A stretch of DNA of 64,000 nt from a virus. The stretch is taken from the IMG/VR virus record IMGVR_UViG_3300046328_001165, positions 1-64,000 of that record. The stretch is one strand, 5' to 3'. Each line of letters opens with the position of its first letter. The first letter of the stretch is position 1. Both the position numbers and the translations under genes were made by a program. Positions 29,364 through 37,708 of this stretch are shown in pieces. The notes under the pieces were generated by a model. It ran no database searches. It saw only the letters and a list, made by a program, of their open reading frames with translations, and was not told the origin of the DNA.

Positions 29364-29582
29364 TTAGATTGAGATTTTAGCCGCCGTAACCTTGGGGCGC
29401 GATCGCTTAATCTTCAATTGCTCTTCAAGCGCTAGGTATAACCTTATAGCTTGAGGCAAGATGATTTCTTCTTCGCTGTGAGAGTGGAGGATTAGCACTA
29501 GCCCTGGTAACTCTACAACCGTAACTAGCAGCTCGCCACCCTCGCGGCTTTCTCTCACGATAGTACCACTGAAATTACTCAT
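29364..29582 (-). CDS. HicB-like small protein
   Basis: EGGELLVTVVELPG...QAIRLYL pattern. Confidence 0.55.
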   Translation of the reverse strand: MSNFSGTIVRESREGGELLVTVVELPGLVLILHSHSEEEIILPQAIRLYLALEEQLKIKRSRPKVTAAKISI

Positions 29583-30136
29583 AGATATTTACTCACACCT
29601 TCGGGAAAGGACAGACCTTCAGAGCAAAAAACGACCGCAATTTTATTGCGATCGCTGACGTGCCGATATTTTTGGATACCCTCGATGCTTCGACCTAGAT
29701 ATTGGTAGGGGGAAAAAGGATCGTTGCTTTCCGCCAAGGCATTTAGCTTGTTAGGGAAGAATGCCTCCATTGGTACGCCCAGAGCGATGCTAAACAATCT
29801 CAGTTCGACCGCTTGCATGATGCGATCGCTATTCTCGACCTTGGACATCCAAGACACGTCGCCCGAAACCTCTGTGTCTATGCCTACATCATGCAGGTCG
29901 TCCCGTAATTTGTTTAGGTCTGCGGCTAAATCTTTTTGTCGCTTACCTTGAAACTCTCGAAACTTGGTGAGGTTTGCAGCGACACCTATCTCTAGCGCGG
30001 TAACAACCTCTGAGAATGAGGTTATCTTGTGCATCTCATTGATGACATCTTGCTGACCGCAATCAGCGTCCGTGCGCTCCTCCTCCAACCTTCGCCCGAC
30101 GTGGGCGCTAAGCCTGACCTTATTTTTTGCTGACAT
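29579..30136 (-). CDS. XRE-family HTH regulator with insertions
   Basis: RQKDLAADL...WMSKVENSDR...ELRLFSIALGVPMEAFF. Confidence 0.75.
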   Translation of the reverse strand: MSAKNKVRLSAHVGRRLEEERTDADCGQQDVINEMHKITSFSEVVTALEIGVAANLTKFREFQGKRQKDLAADLNKLRDDLHDVGIDTEVSGDVSWMSKVENSDRIMQAVELRLFSIALGVPMEAFFPNKLNALAESNDPFSPYQYLGRSIEGIQKYRHVSDRNKIAVVFCSEGLSFPEGVSKYL

Positions 30137-30228
30137 ATTTTAACTGGTAACTCTATCTAGATTCTCGCACCGAAACGTGGCTTTATGGCGGTTTTGTGGT
30201 AGTATTCAAGAAAATTAGGAGAAATCTC

Positions 30229-30684
30229 ATGGGCGATAAAGTGGATTTGAACTTGCGGTTGAAGGTGGCGACTTTTGATGGCTATCACGATTTTCGCACT
30301 CACATGCCGCAGAACAGGATTAGCGCGAGAGAAGATGTTGGCGGTAGATTTATAGAGGTTCCCTATTACGAGCTTTCTCTTGATGTGATCGCCGAAGCTT
30401 GCGATCGGCACAATATAGGCTTTAGTCTTAAAGGGGCTGTGGATGCTAAAGAGGGGTACGAGTATGTTGCTACCTGCACGAATGCCGAGCCCATAAGTGG
30501 CGCTGGATCTACCAGAGCGATCGCTGTATGCCACTTATTTGTCGCTGTCATGACTGAGCGATCGCTGGAGAAGGAAAGGGCTATGAAGCGCGATCGCCTC
30601 GGCAGGAAGATCGCCGAAGAAGCGTTAGAGATGGCTTCTCAGTGCCTTGATTTTGAGCAGGTCTATACTCCTTCGTTTTTTTGA
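30229..30684 (+). CDS. Phage ABA-sandwich/BC1872-like protein, copy 1
   Basis: LRLKVA...VPYYELSLDVI...GSTRAIAVCHLFVAVM; AGGAG RBS. Confidence 0.65.
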   Translation: MGDKVDLNLRLKVATFDGYHDFRTHMPQNRISAREDVGGRFIEVPYYELSLDVIAEACDRHNIGFSLKGAVDAKEGYEYVATCTNAEPISGAGSTRAIAVCHLFVAVMTERSLEKERAMKRDRLGRKIAEEALEMASQCLDFEQVYTPSFF

Positions 30685-31273
30685 CGCGATTGGTTTACGC
30701 AAAAAAGTTGCGGCACTGGCTGGTTGGGTTGATATTTGCCATCACTCAACAGTGGGCAGTCATGAGCTACTCGCAAAACGTCAAAAAGGTTCTGATATTT
30801 CTCAGGTTCCTCGCTATGAGGAAAGTTTTGACGCGATCGCTTCGTTACTGTCTGGGTACGGCATATTGTTTACCCTTAGCGGTATGGAGGATATGCCCAC
30901 TTTGGTGGGTAATACCCCTCCAACACTGATCTACAGAGAGATTGGGACTGAGATTGAGGGGCGTGGCAAAACAGAGGCGATCGCTCTATGCAGCCTTTTT
31001 ATCGCTGTGATGAGTAGTCCTTCCGTGGAATCCATTCCTAGCGATCACTATCGAGAGTCCTCAATCAAGCAGGCGTTAATAAAGATTGGAACTCCTTTTA
31101 CCCGAACTATTCTTCAGCACATAAGGGAGAAAGCCAGTTCGCAGACTAACTCTTGGGGTGGGCTTGATTGGGTTGAAGCGCATCGGGATATATCTCGCGC
31201 TGCCGACAGGCTTGACGCGATGCTAGCCAGAAAGGAGTTGATTGAGCTTACCTTTCAAACCGAGGCAGGTTAA
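30647..31273 (+). CDS. Phage ABA-sandwich/BC1872-like domain, copy 2 (probably a frameshifted continuation of the previous gene)
   Basis: LRKKVA...VPRYEESFDAI...GKTEAIALCSLFIAVM; no convincing start of its own. Confidence 0.6.
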   Translation: MILSRSILLRFFDAIGLRKKVAALAGWVDICHHSTVGSHELLAKRQKGSDISQVPRYEESFDAIASLLSGYGILFTLSGMEDMPTLVGNTPPTLIYREIGTEIEGRGKTEAIALCSLFIAVMSSPSVESIPSDHYRESSIKQALIKIGTPFTRTILQHIREKASSQTNSWGGLDWVEAHRDISRAADRLDAMLARKELIELTFQTEAG

Positions 31274-31323
31274 TCGCTAATTTCCACAAAACTGAATAGT
31301 ACTCTTGACAGAAAGAGAAAGTA

Positions 31324-32838
31324 ATGCCATTGAACCGAGTTATCGAGCCAATGGCATTTCGTTTTGATGATGTAAGTTTTGCGACACGCACTGAGATGCG
31401 TGAGGACGGTCTGTATGCATACAGCACCGTTTGTCGTGACGGGATACTAACGTATTTCCGAGGTGACGGCAAGCGAGTCCGTGAATTGCGACCTGCTTCG
31501 GCAAACCGCGATCGCGACTTCCTTGAAGCGCTGAAAGATCTGCCGATGACCGTCGAACATCCGACCTCTTTATTAAGGGGGAAACGAGATAGTTCTATTG
31601 GTGAGTTAACAAGGGCGGGTGAGTACAACGATTCTGAGGGGGTTGTACAGAATATTGCCCGAATCTCTAACCCCGACTTTGCTCAGTCTGTAAGGGCTGG
31701 CAAAAAGAACGGTTTGAGCCTTGGGTATGAATGCGAAATTGTTGAAGCTCCTGGCGGGGTCTGGTTCGATGCGATCGACCAGATTACCTATAAGGGCGAT
31801 TTCGATCGCGTTCAAACCAAGATTCGACCAGACCATTGCGCCGCAACCGACAACCCACGCGGGGGGAGCGATGTCAGGATGCACCTAGACAGCGCCGATA
31901 CCGATGAGGACTCAGTTGTTGGTCTAGAGCGGTTTGACTCAATCCAAGTTGACCGTCCTAGTCCGAACAGCGTTGTTGTTATTTCCACAAACAAAAATGA
32001 GGGTAGCTCCGCTATGTCCGATTTAAAGACGAAAACCTTGCGCGTGGATGGCGCTGATTATTTGGTGGAGGAAGTAGCAGCCTACCCTCTAAGTCAAAAG
32101 CTTGCCGAACTATCCACAATTAAAGCGCGTGTAGATTCTCTTGAGGCTGAACTCAAAGAGAGGATCGATACTATTGGCGAACTCACTTCTGATGTTAACC
32201 GCGCCAAGGGTCGTGCCGACGCTCTTGAAGATGAGTTAACCGAAACACTATCCGAGCTTGAAACCGCCCGTGCCGACGGAGAAAAGATGGCTAAGGAAGA
32301 CGAAGAAGGTGATGAAGATGAAGACGGCGATGAAATGCCCGACTTTATCAAGAAAAAGATGAAGAAGAAGATGAAGTCTGGCGAGAAGATGGATGCCTCT
32401 GATCTGGCAATCATCCTCGACTCTGACCAAGTTCGTGAATTTATAGCCGAAGAAATTAACAACCAGACCGCAGATCGTCTTCACGCTATTGGCAAAGCCA
32501 ATGATTTACTTTCCGCTAAGGGGGTAAAGATTGAGGACGCGGGTATCGTAACCACGATGGATTCTACCGAGATTCGTCGGGCTGCGCTCAAAGCTATCAA
32601 TCCTGATAGTGATCTAAGCGATCGCAACGACAGCTACATCGAAGCTCGCTTTGATAGCGCTGTTGAGTATGCTGCTCAAGCCCCTGCTACTAGCCATGCT
32701 GATCGTCTTGAGACCGCCGTAAAAGCTGGACGCACTACTCGTGGTGATTCTGAGCAGAAGAAGGATGCAGCAGAAGCCAACAACGAGCGCTACGGTGAGA
32801 ACCACAAAAAGCCCTTAACTCGTTCTACCAAGAAATAG
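31324..32838 (+). CDS. DUF2213 prohead protease fused to coiled-coil scaffold (alternative start 31351)
   Basis: RDGILTY, LPMTVEHP, LSLGY and QTKIRPDHCA...PRGG motifs, followed by an acidic coiled coil. Confidence 0.9.
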   Translation: MPLNRVIEPMAFRFDDVSFATRTEMREDGLYAYSTVCRDGILTYFRGDGKRVRELRPASANRDRDFLEALKDLPMTVEHPTSLLRGKRDSSIGELTRAGEYNDSEGVVQNIARISNPDFAQSVRAGKKNGLSLGYECEIVEAPGGVWFDAIDQITYKGDFDRVQTKIRPDHCAATDNPRGGSDVRMHLDSADTDEDSVVGLERFDSIQVDRPSPNSVVVISTNKNEGSSAMSDLKTKTLRVDGADYLVEEVAAYPLSQKLAELSTIKARVDSLEAELKERIDTIGELTSDVNRAKGRADALEDELTETLSELETARADGEKMAKEDEEGDEDEDGDEMPDFIKKKMKKKMKSGEKMDASDLAIILDSDQVREFIAEEINNQTADRLHAIGKANDLLSAKGVKIEDAGIVTTMDSTEIRRAALKAINPDSDLSDRNDSYIEARFDSAVEYAAQAPATSHADRLETAVKAGRTTRGDSEQKKDAAEANNERYGENHKKPLTRSTKK

Positions 32839-32851
32839 GAGCAACTAGAAA

Positions 32852-33724
32852 ATGCAAAAGAATTATCGCCAGTATTTTACTCAGGCTCTCGCTGGAATGG
32901 TTGAGGGTATGGGTGTCGGCTCCGTTGAAGCTTATCACAACGACAGCGGCTACACCAAGGAAGTTTGGACGGTTACAACCCCTGTAACTCCCGTAACAGC
33001 AACCCTGTATAGCATCACTTTGTATGACAAGGACACCTCTGATAGCCCTATCACCATCTCTTTCACGACCGCTTCAACCTCTCGCGCCGATCTAGCAACA
33101 GGCTTGTTTAACGCTTTCCGCGCTAACCTTCGCGCTAGTCAGATCACTTCTGTGGTTAACGGTACTTCTACCCTGACCTTTACCCATCGCAAAGACAACA
33201 CCCCAATGTTTGTCAGTGTTGGCGGCGGCGGCGCAGCTCCATTGACCGTGCCTACCACTCCAACCACCGCAGCGGCAGCGCCAACCCGCATTCTTTTTGG
33301 TGTATTTCTCACCAAAGTTGCTGGCGTAGCTCCCCGCGTTGTGGGCAACCTGACTGGCGGCAGCATTCGCCTCCCTAATGCTGGAGATGCGATTACTGCA
33401 ATTTGTGGTCTAGCTCGCTTAAACACCTCCGTTCAAAAGGATGTTGTTGGCGAATTGGCAACCGCAGGTTACGAAGCCAATCAGTTGGCGGTTGATGTTC
33501 AGCGCCGATTGGGAGATCTCTCAGGTATGTGGGTTCCTACGCTGGAAACCAGCATTCTTGAGTCCGATCCTGTCTACATCTCTGTTGCCGCTGGTTCTAA
33601 GGGCTTTGCCCAGAAGACCAATGCTAACAGCGCGATCGACGCTTCAAGCCGCGCTTTTTTCCGCTCTGATGTTGTTACAGACATCAACAACAATCGAGTT
33701 GTTCTAGTTTACGCAAACTTCTAG
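32852..33724 (+). CDS. Capsid decoration/cement protein with inserted domain
   Basis: Lies between scaffold and capsid genes; QALAGM, ILFG and DPVYI motifs. Confidence 0.75.
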   Translation: MQKNYRQYFTQALAGMVEGMGVGSVEAYHNDSGYTKEVWTVTTPVTPVTATLYSITLYDKDTSDSPITISFTTASTSRADLATGLFNAFRANLRASQITSVVNGTSTLTFTHRKDNTPMFVSVGGGGAAPLTVPTTPTTAAAAPTRILFGVFLTKVAGVAPRVVGNLTGGSIRLPNAGDAITAICGLARLNTSVQKDVVGELATAGYEANQLAVDVQRRLGDLSGMWVPTLETSILESDPVYISVAAGSKGFAQKTNANSAIDASSRAFFRSDVVTDINNNRVVLVYANF

Positions 33725-33734
33725 GAGGAGTCCA

Positions 33735-34640
33735 ATGGCTACTGAAATTAAAAACGATGACTGGTCAGTGGGCTACTTTAAAGAGCAGCTCGTTGAACTT
33801 GAGCAGACGATGGAAAAAGAAGAGTACGAAGAGCTTTATTGGGCTAATGGTACTCTCGTTCCTCGCGAGGACTGGAATAAGCCTTGGCTTGAAGAAACTG
33901 GCTACCGCAAGGTGACTGGTATCGGTCGGTGGGAAGCTGCTCGCGATTACACTACTCACGTCCCTAACGTTGAGATCGTATCGAGAGAGTTCCGCCAGCG
34001 CGTTTCCGAGCACATCGGTGGCTACACTGTTAACGACAAAGAGCTTGAGCTTTCTCAGCAATTTGGCACAGGCATTGACGCTGAGAAAGTTCAGATCGTG
34101 CTTGAGGCGGGTCAGCAATATCTCGATAAGATGGTATTCCTTGGTGATGGGCAGCTTCGTGGCTTCTTCAACCACCCTGACACCCTGAAGTCTTATTCAG
34201 CGTATCGCTTTGACAGCAATGCTACTGTTGCTCAGATGCTGGCTGTGTTGAACGACACTGGCAACTCTATGCGTCGCTTGACTCGTAATATCGAGACCCC
34301 CGACACCATCTTGTTTGCTCAGGCTGTTCACGACGAAATCAGCTTCCGTCGTTTGTCCGACTTCAATAGCGACTCGGTTCTTGACTATTACCTCAGTAAA
34401 GCGACTTACATCAAAGATGTAATGGCTTTACTACCTCTTGAGGGTGTTGGTGATGGTAATTCCAACGTGTCCTGCTATTACAAGCGCGACCCCAAGAAGA
34501 TCAAGTTCCGCATCACCGAGCCCTTCCAATTCAAGAAGTGGATCGAACTTCCTCGCGGTATGCAGCGCACTGCTCGCATGAGGTACGGTGGATTGATCAT
34601 CAAACGCCCTTACTCTGTGAACTGGGTTCACGGCATGTAA
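33735..34640 (+). CDS. Major capsid protein, DUF2184 (HK97/encapsulin-like) family
   Basis: VFLGD..LRGFFNHP, PDTIL, YKRDP and RYGGLIIKRPYS motifs; GGAGGAG RBS. Confidence 0.92.
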   Translation: MATEIKNDDWSVGYFKEQLVELEQTMEKEEYEELYWANGTLVPREDWNKPWLEETGYRKVTGIGRWEAARDYTTHVPNVEIVSREFRQRVSEHIGGYTVNDKELELSQQFGTGIDAEKVQIVLEAGQQYLDKMVFLGDGQLRGFFNHPDTLKSYSAYRFDSNATVAQMLAVLNDTGNSMRRLTRNIETPDTILFAQAVHDEISFRRLSDFNSDSVLDYYLSKATYIKDVMALLPLEGVGDGNSNVSCYYKRDPKKIKFRITEPFQFKKWIELPRGMQRTARMRYGGLIIKRPYSVNWVHGM

Positions 34641-34652
34641 ATGGCGATCGCC

Positions 34653-34689
34653 AATATCGAGTGTGGACATATCCACACTCGATATTTTT
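34653..34689 (+). terminator. Intrinsic terminator after the major capsid gene
   Basis: AATATCGAGTGTGGA-cata-TCCACACTCGATATT followed by a T-run. Confidence 0.85.
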
Positions 34690-34703
34690 GTATCTATTGA
34701 GCT

Positions 34704-35141
34704 ATGAAACAGAACCCCGATCACCTCCTCCTTAACGCGCCATTTCTGCGGAATTTTACCTACAGCGATCGCGTAATCGTCGGAACCATCGCCGACGAGT
34801 TTGATGTGGTAGTCAAAAACCACGCCGACACTATCCTTCACGCCAATCGCAATCACATTGGCGAGAGGGGCGTAATCATGTCCTGCTTTAGCGACCAATT
34901 CGGTTTGATCGCAAGGTTTATGAAGCCAGAGACACTGCGAGAACAGGCTGAGGAAGTTCAGGGCGAATCCTATGACGTACTGACTACTTACGATCCGCTT
35001 GAGGCAATCGCAATAATGCATATCGGCTGGGACAGCCAACCCCACACCGAAGCGGTATTAATTACGAAGCTTCAAGAGTATGTAGCCAAAAGCAATACTC
35101 TGCAAAAACCGAAGTCAGACATCCTTTATTTACCCGCATAA
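34704..35141 (+). CDS. Hypothetical protein
   Basis: ORF in the head operon. Confidence 0.65.
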   Translation: MKQNPDHLLLNAPFLRNFTYSDRVIVGTIADEFDVVVKNHADTILHANRNHIGERGVIMSCFSDQFGLIARFMKPETLREQAEEVQGESYDVLTTYDPLEAIAIMHIGWDSQPHTEAVLITKLQEYVAKSNTLQKPKSDILYLPA

Positions 35142-35152
35142 CAGAAGAAATC

Positions 35153-35761
35153 ATGCCAGAAGATATCAAAGAAACAGCACCTAAAGGGAAAGCCTCCGCA
35201 GTCGCCTTGGCGGAGCCACCAGCCCCAGAAGTTACGACTGAAGATCCAGATTCCTATGTAATTTGGCTATTTAAGCATAGCGAGCTCCGCAATGCGCCAT
35301 TCTGTATTCAGTTTCCCCCCAACGATCGCGCTAGAGATATTCTTGCCGATGTTAACGTGCCAAAGGGGATGAGTTCATTGCCATTAACAAGCGAGTGGAT
35401 TAACTTTGGTCCCAACAAGCTCAAGCTTAGCGTCGTGAGAGCAATTCAGTCCCACCCAGCCAGTGCCGCTCACGTTGAGCGCCTTGTCAAAGAAGGTCTA
35501 CTGCAAATCATGACTCCCGATCGCGCAGATATTGAAGGCATCTCTAACGACACTGCAATGTCGATCCATTTCACCGAAGAAAAGGCGATCGCGTTGGTTA
35601 ACGCCTCTTACGATAAGGCTGAGCTGGAACTTTGGAACAGCCGCGAATCCTCTGCCCGTCCCAACGTCTCTCGCTCGATCACAGCAAGACTCAAGGCGAT
35701 AAGAGAAGATGAGGAGGAAAGCCTCCGCAGTGCTGAACGCGCTCACGTAGATACGGTCTAA
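35153..35761 (+). CDS. Hypothetical head-assembly protein
   Basis: C-terminal EEKAIALV...LELW...RPNV..I helical motif, typical of genes following the capsid gene. Confidence 0.65.
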   Translation: MPEDIKETAPKGKASAVALAEPPAPEVTTEDPDSYVIWLFKHSELRNAPFCIQFPPNDRARDILADVNVPKGMSSLPLTSEWINFGPNKLKLSVVRAIQSHPASAAHVERLVKEGLLQIMTPDRADIEGISNDTAMSIHFTEEKAIALVNASYDKAELELWNSRESSARPNVSRSITARLKAIREDEEESLRSAERAHVDTV

Positions 35762-35765
35762 ATAC

Positions 35766-36185
35766 ATGGCAACATTCCCCGTCGTTACCTCAGACACCTT
35801 TACCTCCGACGCTACGTTTTCGGATTTTATTGGTGAGTCACCAACCTTTATCCAGAGTTGGCTAAACGTTTATTCGCGTTTCTGCTCGATCGAAGAGTGG
35901 GGTGATAATGCGGAAATGGCGGTAATGTTGCTGACCGCCCACTATTTAGCTCTAAACACTGAAGAAGGTACGGTCACGATTTCCAATGCCAAGGCGATCG
36001 ATACTGGCGAGTCTATGTCGAATAGACGGACTTCAACCCCCGCCAACAGTAACGGCAAATTCTCCGATGTCTATCTATCGCGAACTACCTATGGGCAGCA
36101 ACTCTTGATGATCAAGGAATTGATATTGTCGGGTGGTTTTATGGGTGACAGTATCCCTGCCGTGCCGCCGTTTATTGCTTTCTAG
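35766..36185 (+). CDS. Head-tail adaptor, DUF4054-like
   Basis: MAVMLLTAHYLAL...YLSRTTYGQQLL. Confidence 0.85.
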   Translation: MATFPVVTSDTFTSDATFSDFIGESPTFIQSWLNVYSRFCSIEEWGDNAEMAVMLLTAHYLALNTEEGTVTISNAKAIDTGESMSNRRTSTPANSNGKFSDVYLSRTTYGQQLLMIKELILSGGFMGDSIPAVPPFIAF

Positions 36186-36212
36186 CCTCATGTACCACGA
36201 GTACAATGAGAT

Positions 36213-36246
36213 CAAAAGCCCTAGAGAATCTTCTCTAGGGCTTTTG
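36213..36246. terminator. Bidirectional terminator
   Basis: CAAAAGCCCTAGAGAA / TTCTCTAGGGCTTTTG perfect inverted repeat between convergent genes. Confidence 0.85.
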
Positions 36247-36275
36247 CGATAGATTATACTGCGGCAATATCTTCT

Positions 36276-36752
36276 CTAGCCAAAGATTTCCTTTCTCCTT
36301 TCTTTGCTCAGGGACATCACCTCTTTGCGCGATACGTCTTTCCCTGTGGCGACAGACTTGGCGATTGCGCCTACAACCTTTATGTCGTCCGTAACTGCGG
36401 TAGCAGATCTCTTGACTACATTTTTAGCGGCTCTCGCCACACTGCCAACACCACTTTTGACTTCACCTAAGTTCTGCTTTCTCTCTTGGCTTAAATCGTT
36501 AGTTCTACCTCCAAGTAATCTGAGATCGTCTTTTACCGCCTCAGCGGATCTCCCTACCACTTTTTTTTACGGCAGAGCCAAGACCACCAGATCCTACCTT
36601 ACACTTTTCAAGCATAGGTATACAGCGCGAACCACAGGGTTTATTGCCAATCTTGCATTTTGGTGCGTCCTCCCTTTTTTTTTTATCGAAGCCTCTGCAT
36701 CTATACGCACTTGGAACTGGGAGATCGCGTATTTAACACTAGAATTAGACAC
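36276..36752 (-). pseudogene. RxD cargo-family paralog broken by two homopolymer frameshifts
   Basis: GAGGA RBS and GTG start. Reconstructed protein: ...VRIDAEASIKK|REDAPKCKIGNKPCGSRCIPMLEKC...AVKK|VVGRSAEAVKDD. Shifts fall at A10 (36675-36684) and A8 (36561-36568). Confidence 0.75.
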
Positions 36753-36891
36753 GGTATAATCCTCAACGTTGATATAAGCAATTAAGACTTGTCGATTAGC
36801 AAAAAATACCACTTAATCTCAATTAGCGATCACACTATTAATATCTACGGCGATCGCTAATCTCCCAAGAAGGCTGCTTGTCCACACATTC

Positions 36892-37296
36892 GTGCCGAAC
36901 AATATCGTTATGTCGCTAGCTAACAAGATCACCACGAAACTTCAAGGATTGCGCGATCGCCTCGCAGGAGGTGCGATCGGTGCGCCTAATGTGTTGCCAT
37001 TGACAGTTGTGACTCGCACCGCATCGGGTGAAACCAGTCTTGAAATCTTGCCGCATCCCACGATTCTGCGGGTAAACCCTAAAACTGTAGCCCTGTTTGA
37101 AAGTACCAATATCAAGGTTGGTGTTGACGATTTTCAGATCAGCGGTATATCTGCGGCGTACACCGAGGCTCAGCTTACGGGCAAGGGTAAATATTACATC
37201 GTTGATGGGCGAATCAAGTGCAACGAGGTGATGGGCACTATCGAGAATAAGAGTTTTTCTTGGGAAATTATTTTGACGAGGATGCCAAACAGATGA
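36892..37296 (+). CDS. Putative head closure/stopper-like protein
   Basis: Size, beta-rich pattern, position after the adaptor. Confidence 0.5.
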   Translation: MPNNIVMSLANKITTKLQGLRDRLAGGAIGAPNVLPLTVVTRTASGETSLEILPHPTILRVNPKTVALFESTNIKVGVDDFQISGISAAYTEAQLTGKGKYYIVDGRIKCNEVMGTIENKSFSWEIILTRMPNR

Positions 37297-37706
37297 ACAC
37301 CATTTACGCAAGAATTGACACTCTTATTGACCAGCTCCGCGAAGATGCAAAGTGCGGATCGGGCAGTAAATCCTGCGGCAAGGTCTGCATCCCCCAAGAG
37401 AAGAATTGCTTAGGCGAAACAGCAAAAGCTTTTGGTGGTGGTGCGGCTCAAGCCCTTGCGGGTCCACTTGGCAGTGGCACTTATCGGGCGTTGAGATCGC
37501 AGGGTCGTAGTCGAAGGACTTCTATTGCGGGTGCGATCGGAGCGAATGTAGCCGCTTCTGTGGGCAGTGTAGCTCTCGCTTCTTATGCGATGAACAAGGC
37601 TAAAGAAGGGCTTCGAGATCCTGTTAACAAGGGTGTAAGTCTTGGCAAAGGTATAACCAAGATGGCTGACAAAGATTTCGAGAAAGCCAAGAAAAAGGGT
37701 AAGTAA
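37293..37706 (+). CDS. RxD cargo-family protein (Cys4 module plus hydrophobic helices)
   Basis: ATGA overlap; YARID..LREDAKCGSGSKSCGKVCIPQEKNC. Confidence 0.7.
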   Translation: MNTIYARIDTLIDQLREDAKCGSGSKSCGKVCIPQEKNCLGETAKAFGGGAAQALAGPLGSGTYRALRSQGRSRRTSIAGAIGANVAASVGSVALASYAMNKAKEGLRDPVNKGVSLGKGITKMADKDFEKAKKKGK

Positions 37707-37708
37707 TT

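Noticed and set aside
33735-34640. Cellular encapsulin nanocompartment
   Set aside because: It sits with portal, protease, adaptor and tail genes, so it is a viral capsid.
36304-36759. Plus-strand 151-aa ORF
   Set aside because: Antisense shadow of the frameshifted cargo gene.
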